A DNA stretch of 64,000 bases from Haliotis rubra (Eukaryota), in NCBI RefSeq assembly GCF_003918875.1, contig NW_025767302.1, positions 1,922,001 through 1,986,000 on the forward strand, written 5' to 3'. Below, one piece after another: positions 1-8,846 of the stretch (position 1 is the first letter of the stretch; each line of letters opens with the position of its first letter). Made by a program: the position numbers and the translations under genes. Under the pieces are notes generated by a model. The model did no database searches. It was not told the origin of the DNA and was given only the letters and a program-made list of their open reading frames with translations.

Positions 1-654
1 TGTTGCATGACACCAACTCATTTGGGATATTATAACTATAATTTAGATAAAAGATGCCTATGACGTACATAATGGTATTATTTAAAAACTTTTTATTTAT
101 GTTTGGATTATGCTCACAAATATTCTGGCATTCCAACACAATGATCGTGTTGTCGGATCAGTTTGACTGTGCAGTTTAAAAGTTTGAGACAGCATTTAAA
201 ACTGATCTGTATTTGAAAGGATACATACGAAAAACTTTATCCATTACTCTGCCTAAGCAGTTAAGCACACTGAATATATCCCAGGAACATCAATGATTTT
301 TCCCGCTGAGACAAGGCGTTTGATCCGATCTTTATTGGTAGATGCGTTAAAGCATGCAGCATACAGGTCAAATGAACGCCTGAAAAGTTTGATGGTAAGA
401 CTCATGGATGACCCTGGCCACTTATGGAGTGTTGAGTTTTAGCTGTAACAGGTGGATCTGATTTACCCTGGTTTTAATCTGACACTCGGGACGGCTATTT
501 GCATACAGAGATAGGTTTTGAGTCAGAGCTAGAGGAAATACACAAAGGAAAGACTTGAACCGTATGGAAGTAGTGTAGGATGAGTCAGAGTGAACCTTCT
601 AACGTGATCTTCTTCAGCACAAGACGGTTTGTACTCTACTCTTACCATTGACAC

Positions 655-835
655 TGCCGCCTTGTATTTCTTCCATCCCTTGTAGGCAGCTCTGTGGTTT
701 CGTTCACAATTACAACATTTGGATATTGTTTCTGCACCAGTTTCTATTTGGTCATTCTCTGCATAGGGATTACAGGCTTTAAGTTTTACATCGAGTTACC
801 ACATGGCACACAATGCATGGAAACAGAGGCCACCT
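655..835 (-). mobile_element. Decayed non-LTR retrotransposon ORF1 (gag-like zinc knuckle) fragment
   Basis: The minus strand translates to ...ISKCCNCERNHRAAYKGWKKYK, matching the C-x-N-C-x3-H-x-A-x-Y-x-G-C knuckle of I/Jockey-type ORF1, with degenerate knuckles upstream (CHVVTRCK). There is no intact ORF. Confidence 0.45.
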
Positions 836-1367
836 GATTGCGAGAAGTCTGTGCGAAAGAATGACCAAAAATAACTGTATGAACAAGTATTTCAAAGTAC
901 TTTACTATGACTAACCTTATCGATAATAAAACCAGCTTATTCGACAATTAATATCAAATATCACACCCTGTACTAAAACTACGTTGTACAAGCTTGAAGA
1001 AGCCCAGCATCTAGGGCATCTCTTCTAGTGGATTCAATAGAAAAAGAGTCATTATTTTCTTCGTCCGGCAGTTAAGATGTTACCTTTTCAGCAGATTGTG
1101 TGAATGACGGGTGCTACCGGAAACACCGGATATGCTTACCCTTCTGAGCGGACACTTGGAACCATCACTGCTTTTCAGTGGTCCATTCATGTGGTTCTCA
1201 CGGCTATTTTGACACTGGTTGGGATCTGTTTTTGAGGATAGTCAAGAATGGGTAAATGACGTTATATATACGCTTTTAACTTTCTTATCTATTTATAGGA
1301 GATGCAGAATTATTTAGTCACCTAAACCTTTTTGGAAACGGATGATGATTAAAGGGGGGTTGCACGT

Positions 1368-1669
1368 CAGTGTAATTAGTGTCCTGTGTGACACTGTGCC
1401 ACTCTGTCAGTATAATTAGTGTCCTGTGTGACACTGCCACTGTGTCAGTATAATTAGTGTCCTGTGAGACACTGCCACTGTGTCAGTATAATTAGTGTCC
1501 TGTGAGACACTACCACTGTGTCAGTATAATTAGTGTCCTGTGTGACACTACCACTGTGTCAGTATAATTAGTGTCCTGTGTGACACTGCCACTGTGTCAG
1601 TATAATTAGTGTCCTGTGTGACACTGCCACTGTGTCAGTATAATTAGTGTCCTGTGACACTGCCACTGT
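1368..1669. repeat. 38-bp minisatellite, left part
   Basis: Tandem copies of GTATAATTAGTGTCCTGTGTGACACTGCCACTGTGTCA. Each unit contains a TGACAC-7nt-GTGTCA inverted repeat. Confidence 0.95.
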
Positions 1670-2669
1670 TGCTGCGGCACCATCAGAACATAGTGGGCTG
1701 CCATTTCGCCGACCGGGCGACATTAAAGAACCATGACGCTTTTTCTTCGTATATGGTATGCCATGGGCGCTGCGCCATATCATGGTGTACTCGTGGGCGC
1801 AGCAATCATCAAAATGATGGTATTAACAATGCGGCATGTCCGGGTGGTATTACCATGGAGCGCTTTTCATCTTCGCGGTGGTATTATTCGAACGCAGGGG
1901 CGTATATTGGGCATAGCGAACGATAAGGTATGGGCCGTATACGGAACTTACGCTGTAATGAACATAATTGAACTTTCGAACGCTGGTGGCGATGAGCAAG
2001 TTGGTACTTTCCGTTTTGAACGCGCCCTTTGTAGTATTAAATGCCTCATTATTATTAATGACGCTTTCGCCGCCAGAACCATAATTGGTAATGCGCTTTA
2101 ACGCTCGTATCAGCGAAAACCAGGTAATGCGGAACGCTGCTTTCCAGCATCGTGGATATTACCGGAACGCAGCTGTGTCAAAGATGCCGTTAGCGTGTTT
2201 CAGCTGAACGCGCCGCTTCATGTCGAACTCATCGATGTAAAGGCGTATGTGGCGGTATCGTGGACGGGCTATTACCATGGAACGCTGGCACATATTCGAA
2301 CCGCATTATTTCATGTCCATGGAAGTGATGCGTACTTACGTGGCGGGCGCATATAACGGTAAAAAGAGTATGCGCCAGGCCGATGCGCATCATCGATGCG
2401 ATGATTAACGCTATCATATGACCGATATTATGGGCGCCGCGCATCAATGGTATGGTGGTAAATGCGGGCGCGTTTAATGGTATAACAAATTGAATGATGC
2501 GGCAATATCAGAGCGCCGATTGGTGCTTTCCGTATTGCTCCATTAATTAATCGCTTATAATTAATACCCTGGTTGAGCCCGCTACCATAATTAATCAAAG
2601 GTATAATTAGTGTTCTATGGCCAGCCCGCACCGCCACTGTATCAATTATAAATTAGATTAATCCTATTG
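1670..2669. other. Anomalous 1000-nt CpG-rich block interrupting the minisatellite (probable sequencing/assembly artefact or synthetic sequence)
   Basis: The repeat breaks at 1670 and resumes at 2670. The block is CpG-rich, has no recognisable protein, shows ACGC at about 38-nt spacing, and degraded repeat units reappear at 2601-2669. Confidence 0.65.
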
Positions 2670-3066
2670 AATTAGTGTCCTGTGTGACACTGCCACTGTG
2701 TCAGTATAATTAGTGCCCTGTGTGACACTGCCACTGTGTCAGTATAATTAGTGTCCTGTGTGACACTGCCACTGTGTCAGTATAATTAGTGTCCTGTGTG
2801 ACACTGCCACTGTGTCAGTATAATTAGTGTCCTGTGTGACACTGCCACTGTGTCAGTATAATTAGTGTCCTGTGTGACACTGCCACTGTGTCAGTATAAT
2901 TAGTGTCCTGTGTGACACTGCCACGGTGTCAGTATAATTAGTGTCCTGTGTGACACTGCTACTGTGTCAGTATAATTAGTGTCCTGTGTGACACTGCTGC
3001 TGTGTCAGTATAATTAGTGTCCTGTGTGACACTGTCACTGTGTACTGTCACTGTGAGTGTGATTAG
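2670..3066. repeat. 38-bp minisatellite, right part
   Basis: About 10 near-perfect copies of the same 38-mer. Confidence 0.95.
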
Positions 3067-3156
3067 TTTCCTGTGTATGAGTTGAGCAGGTGACATGTTA
3101 AAGCATAACCTTTTGCCACCGATAATAATACATGATTTCCGAAAGTCGCCAACAAT

Positions 3157-3173
3157 TTTATTTACATTTTATT
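3157..3173 (-). terminator. Candidate polyadenylation signals of the GH86-like gene
   Basis: Two AATAAA hexamers on the minus strand (3168-3173 and 3157-3162), 50-70 nt downstream of the stop codon. Confidence 0.5.
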
Positions 3174-3224
3174 GAAACTCATTCATCATGGGCTGAAATC
3201 AGTTATTATGGCATCCAAGGGAGT

Positions 3225-4699
3225 TCATTGGCCTTTCCTCAGGGATAAAGCAATTGCAGCAACCCGGCCTTGGTCCTGAGCAAAGCGCATCTGAACAGCA
3301 TTGGCGTTTTGCTTGAGGATGGTCGGTGGAACATTATATTCTATTGTTGCCCAGAGATTGTCGGTGTCGTTGTTGCTTGGGTTGTGGAGAATGTAGTACG
3401 AGTGGAGATTTACTCCATTCATAGTTACAGAAACTGGAATATACTTGGCAGAATGATCAACGAAACTTACTGAAATGCGGAGTTTTGCTACCATAATGTG
3501 ATGAAGATCACTGCTGTGGAGCATGATGTTCATGTGAGCTGCTTTCCTGTTTATTATAACCAACATGTCGTCTCCATAATGCACACTTTCATAGACCAAG
3601 GGAACATGAGAAAATGTGTGACCTGTGGGAAACTGAAAGAAGCATGAAGATTCTGGAGGGACAGTCACCTGATTTCCATTGACATGAATAGGTACTTGCT
3701 TATCCAGTTGAGTGGCCCTCCTGTTATTGAGGTACAGACAGGTTGATGTCCCGTGGGTCAACCTTACCCATCCTTTGTCAAAAGCCAGTGTGACCTTAGC
3801 TTGGGCTGTGTCATAGTTGTGTAGCAGAACGGTTAGCATTTTGGAACTTGGTTCCACAAGGGCATGACTCTGTATCTGCCTCTCTGCCTGGTGGAACTGA
3901 CTCTCGGATCTGAGGAACTTCATACTGCTGGTGATGTTGTCCCACAGGTGGAAGGCCAGAGCTATGTCTCTCTCGTTTTTATTCTTGTCCAGGATACTGT
4001 AGTTGATGCTTTCTTGGCCTTGCCTGTTGCTGTAACTAAGAAGGAAGGACACAGCCCTGTCCACCACGTACCGAAGCTCAAGAAAGGTGAATATATTCGA
4101 GTTGTGAAGGTTGATGTAAGCCCAGTCCAAGAGGGTCGATGGTTTCTGGACATCGATGCCTGTGACCGTTGCTAGACCATGAGCGGAGAATATGATTGGA
4201 ACATCTTTTCCAGTCATCATATTAGCATATGTTTCCACAATGTCCACCGTCCCAACTAGCCTAGCCTCATTTGGGCCATAAAACCGATATCTGTTCCCCT
4301 GGACGACAAAGTGATTGAAAGGATGGAATGAAAAGAAGTCCAATAGGCCAAGGGACATGTTCATGAATTGCGTCATCCAGCTCCATTGACGAAAGTTCTG
4401 TTTATCAAAATAGGTTATTCCACCAGTAAAGGCAGGCCCGCCTATCTTTATTTGGGGATATATGGCTTTCACCTTCTTGGCCACAAGCTCGAATACAGTC
4501 ACTACGGTTGTCCAATTGACATCCAACTTCCACAGTGTGTTTGGCTCATTGATTGGTTCAAAATATGGAGGGACTGCGCCGTTAGAACCGTTGTATATTG
4601 CCTGGACGTGTAGAGATATGGTTTCCGCAGCAGCATCAAGATTGCTTGGAAAGTGACCCTTATGTGCAGATTTGTCCATCCAGTGAGGCCATAAGTTAC
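3225..4699 (-). CDS. GH86 beta-porphyranase/beta-agarase-like glycoside hydrolase, exon 3 (catalytic barrel and C-terminal beta-sandwich domains)
   Basis: Motifs YFEPINEP (acid/base NE), KIGG, LDFFSFHP, D-x-VE-x-Y, and a C-terminal LRIS..V.MNG..IE..N.V...F...GRV pattern resemble Bacteroidetes beta-porphyranase A. The AG acceptor at 4701-4700 is phase 1 and in frame with exon 2. The joined CDS is 1842 nt, 613 aa. Confidence 0.85.
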
Positions 4700-7028
4700 C
4701 TTTGGCAGGAAAACATGATTATGTAAAGAAATTCATTCCCTGAGATACTGATGTTTTGTTGATACCTCACAGGCGCGAGCTTTTTATATGTTATGACAGT
4801 AAATTAACTGTTTATATAATTTCACCACACGTTCTTCTTACCGAGTCACTTTCTCAGTTCGATACTTAAAAGCAATTTATTTAGCGTTGTCACAGACAAA
4901 ACTCAATGTCTTGTTTTATTGACACCTGTGTGTCTGCCTGCCTGTCTGCTAATGACAATATTTAATACACAACTGCGATCACTGACCTCATGCAATTTGA
5001 ACTTAACACCAATCAGGCTATACACCATAAACAAAATGCATTGATTTATGGCCCGAGTTCGGTCTCTGTCACATTATGTAATTACACAGACAGGCAGGTG
5101 TGATAGTTGAACACTTGACATGTTATGATGTCTATTGATTGCAAAATGTTATACACAAAAAATGAGCATGTATTTACAAAACCCAACATCTCTACATATA
5201 CACACACAATAAGCCGTGAGGGCGTACGCAAATGAACCAGCCGTTACACTTGAGTGCACACCCACCCGCTCTGACTGTGTTCGGTATCCCGGCTGCTTCG
5301 TTTCTTGGGAAGTAAACCGAGGTACACAATATTGCACTTTTGATTTGCGATTGTACGCTTATAATTTTGTTTATATGTTTTTTCATAACCAGCAATGTAT
5401 ATTATATGTCACGAATAAGTGATAATTGTGTTTTTAATTATGTTTGATTTTTTGGTTGCATGTGACCTTTAATGAAAGTTAGTGTTATGTGCATTTTAGC
5501 CAGATTTATACAAAATATTCCTGAATACAAAACAAATGTATATTACATCAGGCCATAAATCTTGTCACATTGTAACATCTTTAGATTTTCAACAGAAATA
5601 TATCTTTCTCACTGTCAACTATCCATAATTATTTGTGCCACTATAAGTATCTCCTTTTCAAACTTGCTTCTTATTCGCCGGCCAGAAAACCTCACATTTT
5701 GGACAAGAATGAAACTTAAATGCTTTCCCTCAGGCTGCAGAGCGTTAACGGGCTTGTCTGTTACGCACTGTCCGTTCTGTCCAAGTGTACTCAGTTTAGA
5801 TTATCAAATTATGTTCAGCCATCATGACACCTGAGGATGTTGAAGTATCAGGTGTTTGGATGGAAAGAATTTGAACGATGAAAGAAAAGTTACCACGTCC
5901 GTCTTGGAATCGTTCAGCATACAGTATCCATGAATGCCCCTTGTAGGATTCATTGTAGATGAAGATTTACAAGCTTGTCAGATCACCAAATACAAACATA
6001 CCGAGTCCCTTGGGTTGGCAGTGCCACTTGGGTCTGACAAATCATCATGATATTATTTCACAAGAGGAATATCCAAATACCTAGCTAAACTCCAGTTTCC
6101 ATGCAAATGGACCAGGTAGGACTAATGCATGATTGGTTCAGTCGCACCATCCAGATGTAGTAGATACTTACTGCCTAAAAGATCAGACCAAAAGGATGAT
6201 GATAAGCCAGACTGCAGCACCTCATTTGTTCAATGACTCTCTTGGGAAGGTTTTGGAAGAGTACACTTGGGCACGACGGACAGCTTTAATCATGCTATCA
6301 TCTTGGTAGCCAGATGCCAGAACGTACCAGCCCCTAACGATACATTCTAGCACTGACCTAAAGGAAGTTTTATGTTGCCAGAAGTATATAACAGTTGTTA
6401 TCATTGTTCGTATAACATCAGAAATAGTAACCCACTTATATGCCCCTTAAGTCAAAGTTAAACACCTGTCAGTAATTAAGGAACAGGTGGGTTTTTAGGT
6501 CAGATTATAAGTCAGTAATCCAACTCATCTACGGGTATTCTGCATCAAGCTGTAGATGTTGGAAAGAAGTGTGGTTTAGCCCATGCCCAAGTGGCTTTGG
6601 ATGAGATATGCTATCAGTGGCTCTAGTAAATACTGATTGTTTACACTGAAAATTACTTTTTGTAAAAGAATTTATAGTGCAGCACGTTTGAAATAGAGAC
6701 AAAATTTTGTTTAAGTAATTAGCAATGATAACTATTGTTTTATATTCCCATGTTTGATAAGGGGATTCATGAACCTATCTTTACGTTCATGGTCAGAATT
6801 GTGTAACCTCCTTATGTCATAAAGCTTTTGTCTCGTTAACTTGCATCATATTAGAAAAAAGCAAAGTTATACCTCTTAGTAGTAAATAAGTGAATACCTT
6901 TCTAAGATCTCAGGTTCTCAAGAATTACACCCATTTTGGGTTCACAGAGGAAAATTAGATGTGGAAGCCAAAAAAAAATCAGAAACATTTTGTAAAAGCA
7001 ATGAGATATGTAAGCTTCCTTAACCCAC

Positions 7029-7170
7029 CTTTCAGTTCAAGCATGATTGGTCTCTGTTTTCCATATCTATTCAGATTGTCGAGATATTTCTCAACTAAAT
7101 TGTGTTGAAGCTGCTTGTTTTGGAAGAACGCTGGATTCGGGTACCCTTTTCGGTGTGGATCTTCTGTCAC
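7029..7170 (-). CDS. GH86-like gene exon 2
   Basis: tttcgcatag|GTG ACA GAA...CTG AAA G|gtgggt, 142 nt. Phase 0 in and phase 1 out match both neighbouring exons (VTEDPHRKGYPNP...MLELK). Confidence 0.8.
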
Positions 7171-7345
7171 CTATGCGAAATGCCAACATTAACACAGTTT
7201 ATATACATGATACTGGGAAACTACATTGAAATAACAAAAGTGTAGATTCAGTGTATGACTACGCTAATTGATAGAAAGAACATTTCCGTTTTGAAATGTA
7301 AATTTACCAGGCCGAAAAATCACTGTCATTACGGTTTCTTATCAC

Positions 7346-7861
7346 AGTGAGTGAGTTTTTAGTTTTACTCCGAAGTGTTTAGCAATGTTCCAGCAATATC
7401 ATATATATTGTGTGTGGCCCTGTGCATAGAGCTCAGGTCACAAATCAGGTGAAGTTATGCAACGTTGAGATGGGTGGCGGTGTTTGGCAGTTTGGCTCCT
7501 GAGAGTTTCTGGGACTTAAGTCCCCACAACGAAGCATATGTGATACATGTGGCCTCACCTTAGGCAAATGAGTTTGTTGCCTAAGTTCACCCAGCAGAAA
7601 ATGGGTACCCGGTGGACTATTAACCTTCTAGCGCCTCACAGACAGCTTGAGTTAGCCGGCGTAATCATATCAATCAGATTGTTAACGCTATGAGCATTCA
7701 CCTAGTGAATGGAGTTTAGCGCATTATAAATACACTTAATATTATTATCACGGCGGGGGACACCAGACATGGGCTTCACACATTCTACCCATGTGGGGAA
7801 TTGAACCCGGGTCTTCGGCGTGACGGGCTAACGCTTTAACCACTAAGCTACCCCGCTGCCC
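7346..7861 (-). mobile_element. tRNA-derived SINE with (TCAC)n tail, split by a nested insertion
   Basis: The tail half (7346-7401) and head half (7746-7861) together rebuild the family seen intact at 17222-17386, including A/B-box-like motifs. Confidence 0.8.
7402..7750 (+). mobile_element. Nested SINE with 5S-rRNA-like segment, Deu/Nin-like core and L2-type tail
   Basis: GAAGTTATGCAACGTTGAG..ATGGGTG resembles molluscan 5S rRNA. It has a CACCCAGCAGAAAATGGGTACC core and an AGCGCATTATAAAT..(ATT)n tail, and is flanked by a TATCA duplication. Confidence 0.55.
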
Positions 7862-7910
7862 TGTCTTATCTCAGGGTGAATACTACCATGGTATGGCTGA
7901 AGACACGTAC

Positions 7911-8135
7911 CTTGTCAAAATAGCTTAAATCTGAATTCAGCCATCTTCCAGTGCGGGCTCCCGTTTTTTTCATGCTGTCTATAGTGCTGGGATTATCCAG
8001 GCCCATTTTACCATTCCACCTGTCAGGGTCGAAGTTGGTTCTTCCTCGCTGTACCAAATACTCTGGGTAAATGGTCACTGTATACCCTCTGACACAAGGA
8101 AGGGTACAGAGAGCGAGCACAATGGGTAGCAACAT
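7911..8135 (-). CDS. GH86-like gene exon 1 with signal peptide
   Basis: ATG followed by a hydrophobic signal peptide MLLPIVLALCTLPCVRG|YTV. 225 nt, ending GAC AAG|gtacgt. A TATA-like TTATAGAA lies about 55 nt upstream. Confidence 0.85.
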
Positions 8136-8449
8136 GTCGTCTAGCTGGTAGTTCTATCTTCTGTCAGTAGCTCGTTATGTCTGGGTTCTATAAGGAAGGC
8201 GTTCTGTCCCACTTGGTTTTATTTGCATTGTCACGATAAGATATTAACTTAGATATGCAACTGCATTACAGACTAGCATTCTATGGGCTTGTCAAAGCCA
8301 TATGGTTCCTCACAAAGTGTGTTGTCGTTCCAGCATTGAAAAAAAGCGACAAGACCATTGTTCATAATCAGAGTGAGTGAGTATAGTTTTACGCCGCACT
8401 CTACGGATGCCTATTAGGGCCACGCTACGCTATTATTCAGCGTCTTTTA

Positions 8450-8790
8450 TGTTGAAAATTCAACTCACTATCTTGAAAATTCAACTTGCTATCTTGAAAA
8501 TTCAACTTTCTATGTTAAAAATTCAACTTAGCATCTTGAAAATTCAACTTAGTGTGTTGAACATTCATACGGAAGCCTTTTAGGGCCATGCGTTTTTTTA
8601 ATTTTTTATTGAAATTTCAAGATACTAAGTTGAAATTTCAAGATACTTAGTTGAAATTTCAAGATGCTAAGTTGAAATTTCAAGATGAATAAGTTGAAAT
8701 TTCAAGATAAGTAAGTTGAAATTTCAAGATAATGTGTTTTACCATGCGACATGAAAATATATTTGAAATTAATCATCTTGAAATTTCAAG
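8450..8790. repeat. Subterminal ~21-bp tandem repeats with palindromic TTGAAATTTCAA core
   Basis: Repeated TTGAAAATTCAACT (8450-8560) and TTGAAATTTCAAGA (8608-8790). Confidence 0.85.
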
Positions 8791-8846
8791 ACCATGCGAA
8801 TCATGTGGTAGCTCAGCATTTGGGGAATGTCTCTTCGATAGGAAGG

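Noticed and set aside
1654-2637. Short ORFs in the CpG-rich block read as a horizontally transferred bacterial gene or encoded message
   Set aside because: No recognisable domain, no long frame and no readable text. The residual 38-nt periodicity points to garbled minisatellite.
1368-3066. CRISPR-like appearance (38-bp palindromic repeats with an intervening unique block)
   Set aside because: The repeats are head to tail with no spacers, there are no cas genes, and the context is eukaryotic.
5850-6480. Possible decayed transposase in GH86 intron 2
   Set aside because: No convincing catalytic motif in the frames I translated.
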